Made by a program: the position numbers and the translations under genes. From a virus (lineage: Duplodnaviria; Caudoviricetes): 64,000 nucleotides of DNA. A model generated the notes under the pieces. The model made no database searches, was not told where the DNA came from, and worked only from the letters and a program-made list of their open reading frames with translations. Location of the stretch: positions 2,195 to 66,194 of the IMG/VR virus record IMGVR_UViG_3300025598_000001, one strand, 5' to 3'. This document shows, in pieces, positions 8,258 to 19,370 of the stretch; the first letter of the stretch is position 1; each line of letters starts with the position of its first letter.

Positions 8258-11200
8258 AATAGTCTTCCATATCTTGTTGGATAACTTTAAGACGCTTCTT
8301 GTTATATCGCACACCAGCAATCATTTCTTTGGTTGCACGATCTTGAGCTTTTATAGATGTAGCCAATATGTCGTTAATGTTACCGCCATTGATACCAATC
8401 TCAGGATGTTTTTGACCTAACTCAAGTAACTTATCACGCATATCTAACATACCATCTACATCGCCTTCACGTCTAGCAATGTAATAACGTTGTTTAAATT
8501 TACTTTGGCGATCAGATATACTCTTATCAATACCTTTTTCACGGTCATTGATTTCCATTTGTTTAATATAATTAGATGGTGCAAACCCTAGGGCTTGTGC
8601 AAGAACATTTCCGGTACTAACATCCCCAGTAATAGGATCACCACGAAGCGTTTCTGTGCCTTGTGTAGCATATCTATACGCTTTAAAAGTATTAGCAATA
8701 GCCGAAGGTAGCAAGTCTTCTACACCACGCTCAAAATGCCCTTGTGCAATCTTACTAAATCCACGTTCAAAGTTTTGCTCAACACCAAGGACAGGACCAC
8801 CTAATGCCTGCATAACTTGTTGAGAGAATGTATTTGTAGATGATGCTGTTGTAGTATCACGAATAAGCAAATCACTTAAACCGATACGGCTGGCAATAGA
8901 TAAGTTAGTCATATACTCAATAGGACCTTTGTAAAGAAGATCACCTATAGTTTTTTCGGTAGCACCTTTTAAGTCATCTTCGTCATTATCACGGAATAAA
9001 TTATAAAGAACTGACAAAGCACCAAACATAGGCAAACCTTGCGCACCAGCCATCAGTGCAGTCATACCCAATACACCACCAAGTTGTCTTAATCCAGCGG
9101 CTCTTATTTCAGGAGATTCTCCTTTAGTTGCATCCCTATATGCTTTAAATAACATGTAGTACATAGAGATTGCATATCGTTTATACATAAACCCTATTTT
9201 TCCTAAAGCACTTTGGGCAATACGTGGCGCAGATGCTGAGGATATATTTCCGTTAGTCATCTCATTTACATCAATAGCTTTATTGGTAGCGTATATTTGT
9301 GTAGCTTCTTCAGTAGAAACAGGTCTATCGTAACGTAATTCTGCTTCTTTACGTGCTTCTTCTATACCTGCAACGTCTTGTGCATTTGGCTTTTTAAGTC
9401 TTTCCATTTCAAGCTTATATGTAGCAATCATAGTTACTTCACGGTTCATACGTTCAGTATGATGAAGCATCCAACCACTCATAGATTTAAACTTTTGCCA
9501 TATGTTTCCGTTAATATCCCCTTGTAAAATCTCACCTAATTGAGAACGATTAAGCTGACCATTTTCATTAAGAGTGCGAACAAAAATTTCATACTCCTTA
9601 CCTATAGCCGAATTTGGTTGGTAATTAGCAATAGACTGTCTTACTTTCATGCCTACAGTTACGGGCTTACCAGTAGTTTCGTCTATGGAACCAAGCACAT
9701 TAGTTTGAGCAGTTGTACCGCTACCCATAAATATCTTAACTGCGTCGCCTATAGTTTTAGTAATATTAGCATTAGGGTAGGCAGCCTTCAACGAAGGCAT
9801 AACAATCATTGGTATGTTAGCTGTTTGAACAATAGCAGAAGATGGGTTAAAGCCCATTGTGTAAATAAACGCCGCCGATTGTAGAACGTTACCAAAATTA
9901 TCACGGCTAGGGTTTTTAATGTAGCCTATGCGTTTTTCAAACTCATCTAAGTAACGAGATTGCTCAACGTTATTTCTGCCTTTGATATCTTCCTTAACTT
10001 GGTTACCAAAAGCGTCTATTTCACCGGCGGCAATACCTTTACCAACTTGGTAAGTATGTAACCTCATTCTATCAAGAATGTTATCAAACTTAGGGGTATA
10101 TACCATGTTAGTAATTTGATGAGCCATACCACGCATCTTTTTTTCAAAGACAGCAATAGAATCTTCCATGTAACCTGCACGACCAGAGCGCCGTTGGAAA
10201 GATTGAGCAAGTGCTGTTTCCGGCAAAGTAGCTACAAACAATCGCATCATCTCTTCGATTGCGTCAGTAGGAACCTTATTAATTTCCATAATACGCAGTG
10301 CGTTATTTATAAAAGAGCTTGGAGGCGCACGGCGATAATCTATATCGGATACTTGTCTATACATATCTGAACGTGCATTTGGATCCATTGCCAGAATTTC
10401 TTTTTGGCGCATTTCTCTTTCCCGTGGGGATTTAAATGCTCTAACTTCAAATTCTTTTTGCCCATTTTTATCAATAAAGTTTGAAGCTAACCAATGCTCC
10501 CCCTCACGACCTAATGAGAAGTATGGCTCAATTACGCCAGACTTAGTTAAGCTTTCCATAATATCTTTATAGACAAGCTCTTTAGTTTCTTTACCAAGTT
10601 CGGTAGCCTCAATACGGGACTTAATAGCTTTTTTAATTTCTTCAAACATTTGCTTATAAGCATCACGCATTACGCTGTATGAGCGTTTCCATGCAGGTGC
10701 AAGCTGGTTGTATTGTTTATTTAGTTCATCCCATACTTCTTGCTTAGATCTATTATCTCGAGTTTCTTGGTTTTTATAATAGTCCCGTGGCTTAGTCGGA
10801 TCAACTTCGGCAATAGTAGAGCTATTAACAAGTTTGTTATATGGGGTTTTTTGTTGCGGGGCAACTTCAAGTGCATGTCTAAGTATTTCTTTAGCACCTT
10901 CTACACCTCTTGTTAGGCTATGCTCAAACCCACTTTTTTGGTCTACAAGCCTGTTAAGCATAGGGGCTAATTTACCAAAAGCATCTTTAGCCATATCAGT
11001 CAAAGCATGTAATGGGGCAAACGATAGTGCGGCAGAACTAGCATTATCTTTAGTATTAGATACAGCAGCACTCCAAGCATTCTTTTGTTCTTCACTTATG
11101 TATGGTACACTTTCAACAAGGTCACCTACGATATTAGCAAAGTCTTTACCTTTCTTAACCGCCATCTGGTATTGAGCTTGCCCTTCATCATCTAGGTTAT

Positions 11201-13856
11201 AGTCCCTAAAAAACTTGTCAAATTCTTCTTGGGTTTTGTACCATTTACCCTTTTGAGGTTCTCGTTTACCTGTATCTATACTTTCAAAAATAGACTCAGC
11301 CGTATTAAATCCACGACCACGTAACGCATTACCCAATGCTTTAAAAAAGTTAATAACTTTATCGATAATGTTTTGTATTGGTTTTTCTTGCCCTGCATAA
11401 TCTGCAAACGCTTCGGCAATAGCTTCTTCCCGCATTTGTTCTTTAGATAGGTTTTGATCTTTATATCGATTTTCAATATCGTATTTTTTAATCCACTCTT
11501 TATCTGCCATTCTTTCAAGCGTACTCCACTCACGAGGAGTAAATACGTTTAGGTTACGGAATGCATGAATAGATTCATGGTTAAGTGTATTTAAAAATTC
11601 TTTCTCATCTCTATTGCCAAGAGACACTTGAATCGACTTTATAAAGTCATTTGTTTTACCTGTGTATTGACCTAGCCCAGTTACGCCTTCTCCAAAATCT
11701 ACCAAACGTAAAGGTATACCACTTAAGCCAATCTGGTTTAAACGTTTTCTTAATGAATTAAATAAAGCATCTTTGTTACCTACAAATTTATCTGTAAGTT
11801 TACCTTGTTGATATTGTTTATTATCAATATCAGATTGGGTAGCTTTTATTTCGTCACGAATAGCTTGTTTAGTTTCAGGGTCTTGTGCAAGTCTAAAGTC
11901 TTCTTTAAGCTGCTCAATATGATCTTGCAGCGTTTTTAAATCTTCAGGGCGATTAGCAAAAGTCTGTGCTGGAACTTCTTTGGCAGGGGCAGTTTCAACA
12001 GGAGCTTCAGTAGGTTCAGTCTTTTCTGTGGTTTCAGTTTCACTTGGGGTTTCCTCTGGTACTAGTGTATCTGGCTGTACTTCTTCTCTAGCTCCAAGCT
12101 CACTAACAGGCTCTGCAGTTGGTGCCATTCCTCGCTGTTCAGGTTCTCCAGCTCCTTCGGTACTTTCAGTTGGTACTTGCTCGACAGGAACTTCAGGGCT
12201 TGTTCTATCTGTTTCAACGTTAGTTCTTGGTTGTACTCTTCCATTATCGGCTCCTTTTAGTACTCCGCCACGTGGTCCAAACATTTCTTGCTGGGTAGCC
12301 AATGCGTTAAACGCATTCATAGCTATGGTTTCAACGGCTTTCTTTGTTTCTGGGGTAAGGTTAGGATTACTTCTTACACGAGCTAATACTTCTCCTATAG
12401 CTTTTTGGTCTTCTGGGTTAGCCATATCTTTGCCAACTAACTGCCTAAAGAATCCTGACTGCGTTTTGAGACCAGTTCCTTTTAAAGTATCAGCATCTAA
12501 AACAGTATTTTGTGCCTGTGCCGGGGTAGTTTCGGCTGGACGTAAATCTAATTCGCCTTGTACTGGAGCGCCTTGCAGGTTAAGTTCACCGGTCGGTGGT
12601 GCAAGCGTAGCTGGGATTTGAGTTTCTTCTTGCCCTACAGGAAACGTATTTGTTGGACGCTGAGGTACTGGCTGACCAAATAAGTCACCATGAATTTGTT
12701 GTGCGGCAGCAAGTTGTTTTTGTTCACGAATCTGCTCTGGGGTAAGCGGAGCTTGTCCAATAGTTGTGGCTGGCGCAGTAGTTTGTTCTTGTTGTATAAG
12801 TTCTTGGTCAGCTCTTAATTGTTTTTGTCTTTCCGCATCTAACTGGGATTGAGCTTTTATGTTGCGGGCTTCCATAGCAGAAGGTAAAGCACCACCAGTA
12901 AAGCCGCCTATAGCACCTTGAACCGATGCCATGATAATGTTATCAATATTCTTAGGATCAAAGAAATCTTTCTTATCACCCGCCATTTGAGATGCGGCTA
13001 CTTGTAATGCTTGTTGAGTACCTTCGGTTAAGCTTTCAAGACCAACGTCTTTAGCTACTTGAGTTGCAAAAGCTTTTTTCCAAGTAGTAGGGACAATCGT
13101 AGATTTCTCTAATAGTTCTGTAGCTAATTGCGCTTTACCTTTGTTACCTAACTGACTGAGAAGACGCTGGGGTAATACGGTATCTAACATAGATACCAAA
13201 GATCCCATAGTTAATGCAATACCGGGGTGTAGTTCTCCAGTATCTTCGTATACGCTTTGCAATACATCTGGCACATTTAAACCAAATGAAGCCCCAGTAA
13301 TACCAATATTTGTACCAACTTTTGCGCCATGTTCAGCTGCGTTTTTAATTACGCTTTGACCGATTGCCCTGCTTTTAAATGCGTCTGCAGCAGTTGTAGC
13401 GGCTTCGCCAGTTAGCCCTTTTTGGGCTGCATAATCAAGAGCATACTTTTCAAGGGCTTTTTCAGCACCTTTTTTAGCTAATAACTTGCCAGCAGTTGTG
13501 CCGATTCCAGCGCCACCAATAAACGATAAAGCATCAGGTGCTAATTGACCAGCAGTTTCAGCAGCAAACGGTAATATGTCACCAATACCTTTAATATCAC
13601 TTAGTTCTTTATATGCTGTAGGATGTGCTTGTTCTACCGCAGCCATACGAGCTTGGTAGTCTTGCATTTGCTGCTTAGCAAATTCGTCATAGCCTAGTGA
13701 AGAAGCAGCTAGTGCCGGAATTAAATCAAATGCGGTTCCTTTAAGGCCTTCTAAACCTCTTTCAAAACCACCTTTAAGAAGTTCACCCGTAGTTAACTTA
13801 CGATAATCTATAGGCGCTACTTCAAACCCTGTTGGGGTTTGATTTTTATCAGCCAT
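8256..13856 (-). CDS. Large internal virion (ejection) / polyvalent protein
   Basis: 1866 aa, last gene of the structural operon; Ala/Gly hydrophobic N-terminus, acidic linker, zincin-like HESIH...EEAIAEAF, helical C-terminus. Confidence 0.75.
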   Translation of the reverse strand: MADKNQTPTGFEVAPIDYRKLTTGELLKGGFERGLEGLKGTAFDLIPALAASSLGYDEFAKQQMQDYQARMAAVEQAHPTAYKELSDIKGIGDILPFAAETAGQLAPDALSFIGGAGIGTTAGKLLAKKGAEKALEKYALDYAAQKGLTGEAATTAADAFKSRAIGQSVIKNAAEHGAKVGTNIGITGASFGLNVPDVLQSVYEDTGELHPGIALTMGSLVSMLDTVLPQRLLSQLGNKGKAQLATELLEKSTIVPTTWKKAFATQVAKDVGLESLTEGTQQALQVAASQMAGDKKDFFDPKNIDNIIMASVQGAIGGFTGGALPSAMEARNIKAQSQLDAERQKQLRADQELIQQEQTTAPATTIGQAPLTPEQIREQKQLAAAQQIHGDLFGQPVPQRPTNTFPVGQEETQIPATLAPPTGELNLQGAPVQGELDLRPAETTPAQAQNTVLDADTLKGTGLKTQSGFFRQLVGKDMANPEDQKAIGEVLARVRSNPNLTPETKKAVETIAMNAFNALATQQEMFGPRGGVLKGADNGRVQPRTNVETDRTSPEVPVEQVPTESTEGAGEPEQRGMAPTAEPVSELGAREEVQPDTLVPEETPSETETTEKTEPTEAPVETAPAKEVPAQTFANRPEDLKTLQDHIEQLKEDFRLAQDPETKQAIRDEIKATQSDIDNKQYQQGKLTDKFVGNKDALFNSLRKRLNQIGLSGIPLRLVDFGEGVTGLGQYTGKTNDFIKSIQVSLGNRDEKEFLNTLNHESIHAFRNLNVFTPREWSTLERMADKEWIKKYDIENRYKDQNLSKEQMREEAIAEAFADYAGQEKPIQNIIDKVINFFKALGNALRGRGFNTAESIFESIDTGKREPQKGKWYKTQEEFDKFFRDYNLDDEGQAQYQMAVKKGKDFANIVGDLVESVPYISEEQKNAWSAAVSNTKDNASSAALSFAPLHALTDMAKDAFGKLAPMLNRLVDQKSGFEHSLTRGVEGAKEILRHALEVAPQQKTPYNKLVNSSTIAEVDPTKPRDYYKNQETRDNRSKQEVWDELNKQYNQLAPAWKRSYSVMRDAYKQMFEEIKKAIKSRIEATELGKETKELVYKDIMESLTKSGVIEPYFSLGREGEHWLASNFIDKNGQKEFEVRAFKSPREREMRQKEILAMDPNARSDMYRQVSDIDYRRAPPSSFINNALRIMEINKVPTDAIEEMMRLFVATLPETALAQSFQRRSGRAGYMEDSIAVFEKKMRGMAHQITNMVYTPKFDNILDRMRLHTYQVGKGIAAGEIDAFGNQVKEDIKGRNNVEQSRYLDEFEKRIGYIKNPSRDNFGNVLQSAAFIYTMGFNPSSAIVQTANIPMIVMPSLKAAYPNANITKTIGDAVKIFMGSGTTAQTNVLGSIDETTGKPVTVGMKVRQSIANYQPNSAIGKEYEIFVRTLNENGQLNRSQLGEILQGDINGNIWQKFKSMSGWMLHHTERMNREVTMIATYKLEMERLKKPNAQDVAGIEEARKEAELRYDRPVSTEEATQIYATNKAIDVNEMTNGNISSASAPRIAQSALGKIGFMYKRYAISMYYMLFKAYRDATKGESPEIRAAGLRQLGGVLGMTALMAGAQGLPMFGALSVLYNLFRDNDEDDLKGATEKTIGDLLYKGPIEYMTNLSIASRIGLSDLLIRDTTTASSTNTFSQQVMQALGGPVLGVEQNFERGFSKIAQGHFERGVEDLLPSAIANTFKAYRYATQGTETLRGDPITGDVSTGNVLAQALGFAPSNYIKQMEINDREKGIDKSISDRQSKFKQRYYIARREGDVDGMLDMRDKLLELGQKHPEIGINGGNINDILATSIKAQDRATKEMIAGVRYNKKRLKVIQQDMEDY

Positions 13857-13858
13857 AT

Positions 13859-16528
13859 TTACTCACCTGTTAATGAACTAACACTAGAAGTAGTCCCTTT
13901 AGAACTATACATTCTAGGCTCTAGTATATAGTTTTGCATTAAAACATTTCTAAATGCACCAGAATTAAGTTCTTGTACACCTTCTTTATAAAGATCACTA
14001 TTAGGTGAAGCAGATAATTTTTGTTGCAAAGCACTACCGTTAGGTAACTGACCTAACTGACGCCATAGTGTAGCATTTGTTTTTGGGCTAGGTGTTTGTA
14101 GCCACGAATCTACTTCGTTACGCATAGCTGCGGCATCTTTACCTGTTAAGTTACCTAATGCACCAATACCACCTTTACCGCTTTTAACATAGCCAGCCAT
14201 AGCGTTTTTGTAGTTAGCATCCGCAATATACATTGGCATTTTAGCTTTAAGGTCAGCAGCATCGATACCCAATTTTTGAGCTTGCATTTGTAACTGCATA
14301 CCACTCATACCCATAGCAATATACTGAGTCATCAGCTTATCTTTTCTAGCTTCAGACATATCTTGAGCTTGTTCAAATCCAGTAGCACCGCCTTGAATAG
14401 CGTTAGCATAAGCTTGTCTACCAACACCAGTAGCCATACCTTTACCCATTCCAAGTAATGTACGGCTTAAAAGTTGATTAGTATCGCTTCTATTATATTG
14501 ATCCATAAGCATCTTAGAATAATTACTAATCATATTAGTAACATCATTAGTAGACTTAGTAACATCAAACTGTGGAATATTTAAGTCTTTTGCTGCATCT
14601 GATGCTTTAGGTGCTGCAGATTGATCTGAAAACTTATGACTGCGATCAACGGTTAAATCCGGCGCAGCAGGTTTATTATCCGCAGGGGTTGGAGTTGCAG
14701 CAACAGGAGTAGCTGGCTGCATATTTGCTGTTAAAGAACTTAAATTAGGAGCTATTTTTTTACTCCAGTAAGTACCGATATCACCAAATCGTGTAGGTAA
14801 ACCTTGTTTATCTGGATCATAGTTAGGATCAGAACCCCAACCAGATTGGGGGGTATTATCTTTTGTTACACTTGGTTCGGTTGCATAACGGGCAACACCA
14901 CCTTTATTAAACGCAGCAATACCTTGTGGGGCTTGAGCCATTTGTTGTGGCTGAGCCTGTGGTTGAGCTTGTTGTGGCATAGCAGCTTCAATACCTTGTG
15001 GAGCAGGAGCTGACATTGGTCCTTGACCTTGTGCAGGTTGCATTTGCATTTGTTCTTGGGCACGTTGAGCCAGCATAGATACTTCTGCAATCTGGGTATC
15101 AATCTTCTTAAGCTCTTCTTTATCGCCTTTTTCTTTAGCAATATCACGTGCAACTTTTAAATCAGCCATAATTGTTGGAAGTTGAGCTAATAGTTTTTGC
15201 TGATCCATGCCTTGCTCTTGCTGAGCCATAGCTTGTTGTTTACCGTTAACATCTTGTATTACAGTAGATGTAGGTGCTTGTGCAGGCATCTGAGCTTGTT
15301 GCTGCTCATTAGTTTTCATTGCTTGAACTAACTGTGCAGGTAAACCTTTAATAGTTCCGTCTTTAAGACTTTGGTCTGGTACAGATGCAGGATCATTAAG
15401 CGCTTTACGATAGATAGAACCAATACCACCACTAGCCATACGCTTAATGCTTGTAATACCACCTTCAGCCGATTTTGCTACGGAACTAGGCGCTCCTGTA
15501 TAGATATTAGTTGTAGGGGCACTATTTGCCGCAGTAGTAAGCCCAGCTGCTGTTAAGCCAGCACTACCAATTAATTGTGCAGTAGAAGGTGCAGCAACTT
15601 GTTGATTCTGTGTTGTATCTGTAACAGGAATGCCAGAAACCAAACTCTTTAAGTTTGTTAATTGCTGGAATGGATATTGTTGACCAGTCTGGTAATTCTG
15701 CATAGCTTGATTAATAATAGCTTGTTGCTGTGCAGTACCTTGCTGACCCAAAGTATTTTGTTGGTTAATAATACCCTGCTGTGCGCCAAGTTGTTGACCA
15801 CCAATATTAGCCAACTGACCAGCATTTTGCATAGCAGCTTGGTTAGCATTTAAAGCAAACTGACCAGACTGGTTGTACTGATTTTGTGCAGCATTAAAAG
15901 CATTATTATATGCATTGCCAATTAACTGATTAGAAGCTAAATTAGCATTTTGAGCATTTAAACCTTGTGCTAAAGCCGCACGTGATCCACCAAAAGCACC
16001 TTGCCCCGTAGCTTGACCAGCTAATTGGGTACCAGCAATACCGTATTGTTGATTAGATAACTGCAGCGCTGGAGCTAAAGCATTTTGAATGTAGGGGTTC
16101 ATATAACCACCTACTTGGTTTTGAAAATCTTGTGGAGTAGCATTTGCCCCCATTTGAAGTGCATTGGCAATACCGTATTGTGTAGCGCCAGTAGCTTGAC
16201 CATATTGACCGGGGGTTTGTAAGCTACCTGCGCCTTGGAAAGATTGCTGTTGTAATGGGCTGAACTGAGCAACAGAAGCATTAGCTGCTGCCAAATCACT
16301 TTGATTCATGCCGTACTGACCACCAGTATTGGGATTATATGAACCATATGCTTGGTATGGGTTCATTCCGGTTATATTGCCGCTAGCATCCGTTTGGAAT
16401 ACTTGTTGTTGCCCAGCGCCAAGCATGGACGTGACATAGGGCGATATCCAAGGTGATAGACTTGAATACGAATTTGATACCGATTGTGTGGTTCCGCCAC
16501 CACCGCCGCTTGATCCACCGCCACCCAT
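13859..16528 (-). CDS. Internal virion / DNA-ejection protein, Gln/Ala/Gly-rich
   Basis: YMNPY...GAFGGSR motif and Q-rich helices typical of podovirus ejection proteins. Confidence 0.7.
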   Translation of the reverse strand: MGGGGSSGGGGGTTQSVSNSYSSLSPWISPYVTSMLGAGQQQVFQTDASGNITGMNPYQAYGSYNPNTGGQYGMNQSDLAAANASVAQFSPLQQQSFQGAGSLQTPGQYGQATGATQYGIANALQMGANATPQDFQNQVGGYMNPYIQNALAPALQLSNQQYGIAGTQLAGQATGQGAFGGSRAALAQGLNAQNANLASNQLIGNAYNNAFNAAQNQYNQSGQFALNANQAAMQNAGQLANIGGQQLGAQQGIINQQNTLGQQGTAQQQAIINQAMQNYQTGQQYPFQQLTNLKSLVSGIPVTDTTQNQQVAAPSTAQLIGSAGLTAAGLTTAANSAPTTNIYTGAPSSVAKSAEGGITSIKRMASGGIGSIYRKALNDPASVPDQSLKDGTIKGLPAQLVQAMKTNEQQQAQMPAQAPTSTVIQDVNGKQQAMAQQEQGMDQQKLLAQLPTIMADLKVARDIAKEKGDKEELKKIDTQIAEVSMLAQRAQEQMQMQPAQGQGPMSAPAPQGIEAAMPQQAQPQAQPQQMAQAPQGIAAFNKGGVARYATEPSVTKDNTPQSGWGSDPNYDPDKQGLPTRFGDIGTYWSKKIAPNLSSLTANMQPATPVAATPTPADNKPAAPDLTVDRSHKFSDQSAAPKASDAAKDLNIPQFDVTKSTNDVTNMISNYSKMLMDQYNRSDTNQLLSRTLLGMGKGMATGVGRQAYANAIQGGATGFEQAQDMSEARKDKLMTQYIAMGMSGMQLQMQAQKLGIDAADLKAKMPMYIADANYKNAMAGYVKSGKGGIGALGNLTGKDAAAMRNEVDSWLQTPSPKTNATLWRQLGQLPNGSALQQKLSASPNSDLYKEGVQELNSGAFRNVLMQNYILEPRMYSSKGTTSSVSSLTGE

Positions 16529-16529
16529 A

Positions 16530-16943
16530 TTAGGCTCCTATTTTTGTTTCTACTAACATAGTACGTTCTTTAAATCCGTACCGTTTCCATAAACGAGCAA
16601 TAGATGGTCTAGCCATTCCTTGAATCTTTGTAGCTCCACCAGCTTTTAAAATATCACTCATCTGCTTAAATGTTTCTTTATTTGTAATTAACTTACCACC
16701 AATACTAGTAATAAAAGCAACCCTATCATTTGGATAATTAATAAAGGTAGATGTTGCCGCACCATGTATTTTTCCTTCTTCGTCTACTGCCACCAATAAA
16801 ATCCAATTACCTGTACATACAAACAACTTAATTTGCTCTAGGGTATAGTCTTCGCTATCATGCACTAAAGCCATTTTTATATAGTTTTCAACTAAAGGCC
16901 ATGCCTGCGCACAGTATTCAGTTTGAATGTGCCTAATAATCAT
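16530..16943 (-). CDS. Putative GNAT-fold protein of the virion module
   Basis: AFITSIGG...IQGMARPSIARLWKRYGF; position among internal protein genes. Confidence 0.55.
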   Translation of the reverse strand: MIIRHIQTEYCAQAWPLVENYIKMALVHDSEDYTLEQIKLFVCTGNWILLVAVDEEGKIHGAATSTFINYPNDRVAFITSIGGKLITNKETFKQMSDILKAGGATKIQGMARPSIARLWKRYGFKERTMLVETKIGA

Positions 16944-18163
16944 TTAGGTAAATACTTATCCGCCTTAATTTGTTTAGCCTGTTTTGGTTTACCAGTACGA
17001 GCTTTACGTACATTATCCATCATCTTATAAAGGTGTTTAGCACCAGCATCAGTACTACCGTTGCCAAGATGGGACACCACATCGGCAGGGACAACAAACT
17101 CGCCTTCTGCCAAACGAGCCGGTTGCTTATGCGCAATGGTTGCTGGAATTTCGTCTGACATTCCATCGCCGGGTCCTTTAAGTAATCGTCCGCCATCGCT
17201 ATAAGATCCTAAACTATATTCGGCTTTGCCTCCATGAGCCATGCCCATAATGCCACCCTCTGCCGCAGTTTTTGTACCACCGATACCTTGACTTTGCAAT
17301 GCAGACAATGCGCTAGTTGCTTGGGTTGGATTAATGCCGTATTGATTTAATAAAGCTTGTGTTTGCGACGATAGTTGATTAGATTGCGCTTGATTTACAT
17401 CTGCTGGGTTATATACAGATTGAGTAACCGAAGGAGTCATACCAGATTCACCTGTTCCACCAGTAGCTAATTTAGCAATACCGCCTTCTTTAGCTTGGAA
17501 ATAAGGTTTATAGTTTGGACTTAATTGCGCACTCATAATACCGGGTACAGGTTTAGACTGACCAACAGTTGCTTGTTGGGTTACTCCGGGGTTATTAACA
17601 TTATTACCAAACATGCCAGTGCTGTAGGCGATCATTGCCGCAGGGATACCGTAACCCAATAAATTTGAATTTGAAACACCCGGAATAAGTGAACTACTAG
17701 GTGGTGGAGGTGGTGGCGTAATCATGGCATTTTTAGCAACGTTAGTAGCCGCATTACTTGTACCAGCAGCCGTACTTGAATTACCAGCTTGGTTGGCAGC
17801 GTTAGCGGCATTAGCAGCAGTAGCAGCAGTAGCGGCACTAGAACTTCCACCAGCGGCGGCGGCGGCATCAGCAGCAGACATACCATAACTAGCTTGTAAC
17901 GTAGAAGCAATTTGAGTAGAACTTAAACCAGCAGCTTGCATAGAAGCAACGTCAGCGGCAACCATATCTGCACCAGCACCGCCCCAAGAAGCGCCAGCTA
18001 TACCTGCTGCACCACCACCAAGCAAAGCGCCGCCAGCGCCACCAATAAGAGCGCCACTAAGTACGTTTTTACCAGTAGCCCCTGCATAGATACCACCCGC
18101 TGCAGCGCCGATTCCGGCACCATACAGCATTGCTGTACCAACTCCAATATCAACGAATGCCAT
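16940..18163 (-). CDS. Internal virion protein
   Basis: Gly/Ala-rich N-terminus; C-terminal GPGDGMSDEIPA...LAEGEFVVPADVVS motif. Confidence 0.65.
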   Translation of the reverse strand: MAFVDIGVGTAMLYGAGIGAAAGGIYAGATGKNVLSGALIGGAGGALLGGGAAGIAGASWGGAGADMVAADVASMQAAGLSSTQIASTLQASYGMSAADAAAAAGGSSSAATAATAANAANAANQAGNSSTAAGTSNAATNVAKNAMITPPPPPPSSSLIPGVSNSNLLGYGIPAAMIAYSTGMFGNNVNNPGVTQQATVGQSKPVPGIMSAQLSPNYKPYFQAKEGGIAKLATGGTGESGMTPSVTQSVYNPADVNQAQSNQLSSQTQALLNQYGINPTQATSALSALQSQGIGGTKTAAEGGIMGMAHGGKAEYSLGSYSDGGRLLKGPGDGMSDEIPATIAHKQPARLAEGEFVVPADVVSHLGNGSTDAGAKHLYKMMDNVRKARTGKPKQAKQIKADKYLPK

Positions 18164-18164
18164 A

Positions 18165-18557
18165 CTAGTTTCCTTCCAATAGCGGATTCTCGACGAACAT
18201 AGCTTCTAGCTTTTCCACATCGGTTTCGTCGGTTGCAAAAATATTCTGAAATACTACAGTTTCGATTATGTGCGCTACTTTACGACCCGGTTTTCCTACA
18301 AAAGTAGTAGGCGCAACTAACTCTACAACGCTGCCGTCTTCTTTTAATAACTGCATACGTCCTTGTAACATTACACACAGATGCTCAGTTTTATGGGGCT
18401 TACCTACAATTACAGACCCAGCTGGCATAGTAACTTCTTTAACGTACATACCCGGACCAAAGTAATGCTTTTCTGTGCATTCTACTTGTGGCAATTCCCG
18501 AAGCTGTGGCAATATAGCTTCTATCTTTTGACGGGTTTGCTCAATTACTTGGCTCAT
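18165..18557 (-). CDS. Cupin-fold protein
   Basis: HYFGPGMYVKEVTMPAGSVIVGKPHKTEH...LQG cupin-like signature. Confidence 0.65.
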   Translation of the reverse strand: MSQVIEQTRQKIEAILPQLRELPQVECTEKHYFGPGMYVKEVTMPAGSVIVGKPHKTEHLCVMLQGRMQLLKEDGSVVELVAPTTFVGKPGRKVAHIIETVVFQNIFATDETDVEKLEAMFVENPLLEGN

Positions 18558-19027
18558 AGCGTAGCCATCATTTTAAACTGTGGGTTATCGGACTGCTGGG
18601 GCTGAACACCAAACTCTTGGGCAGCTTGCATAAATACCGGATCAGCATCTTTATCATAAATAGTATGGATACCTGCTTTACGCATTAAATTAATAAAGTG
18701 TTTAATATCTTCTTTGAGCTGAGCTTCAGTATCAAGGGTAAAGAAATGAATCTGTGCTACACCATTACCTAAGTGCTTGATTGCTAAAATAGAATTTTTA
18801 AACTGTTGAAGTTGCAAACCTTCCCCAATTTCTTTTTGTACAGCAGCCATACCTTGCTGCAATGGAATACCACGGTTTTGAAAGTAATTAGTAAGGATTT
18901 TTACCGCACTTGCGGATGGTTTGTTAGGGGCTTGTGCAGGAACAACGGATGGATTAAGCGCACCGATTCCGGCATTGTTTCCACCCATAGCTGTATGCAT
19001 TAGTAACGCTTCACCGATTCCAGCCAT
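18554..19027 (-). CDS. Hypothetical protein
   Basis: ORF with RBS AAGGAGG. Confidence 0.65.
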   Translation of the reverse strand: MAGIGEALLMHTAMGGNNAGIGALNPSVVPAQAPNKPSASAVKILTNYFQNRGIPLQQGMAAVQKEIGEGLQLQQFKNSILAIKHLGNGVAQIHFFTLDTEAQLKEDIKHFINLMRKAGIHTIYDKDADPVFMQAAQEFGVQPQQSDNPQFKMMATL

Positions 19028-19067
19028 AAACGGCCTCCTTAAAGACGAATTTATAGAAGTTTACCAT

Positions 19068-19370
19068 TTAAACCCCCGTTCCGGAAGCGTTTACCCATTT
19101 TACGCCATTCCACCATATAGGATAGTCTAAGGTCGTATCAAAGAAAAACTGCCCTATTTGTTGATTTGCAGTGGGTCTTTGGGATGTAGTACCGTGACTT
19201 GGCGTAGCCGTTGCTTGGGAATAGTTATTTAACTGGTTAAAATATAGTCGTAAAACGTTTAATATCTGGTTTTCAAAAGACCCACTATAAACATCCGGAG
19301 CCACCGGTAAGTTTGGCGGGGTTGGAACTAACGGAGTGCCGTTATAGTTTTGATAGTTTACTGTAGCCAT
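19068..19370 (-). CDS. Small tail-associated protein
   Basis: GTTSQRP...GQFFFDTTL..PIWWNGVKWV module common in tail proteins. Confidence 0.6.
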   Translation of the reverse strand: MATVNYQNYNGTPLVPTPPNLPVAPDVYSGSFENQILNVLRLYFNQLNNYSQATATPSHGTTSQRPTANQQIGQFFFDTTLDYPIWWNGVKWVNASGTGV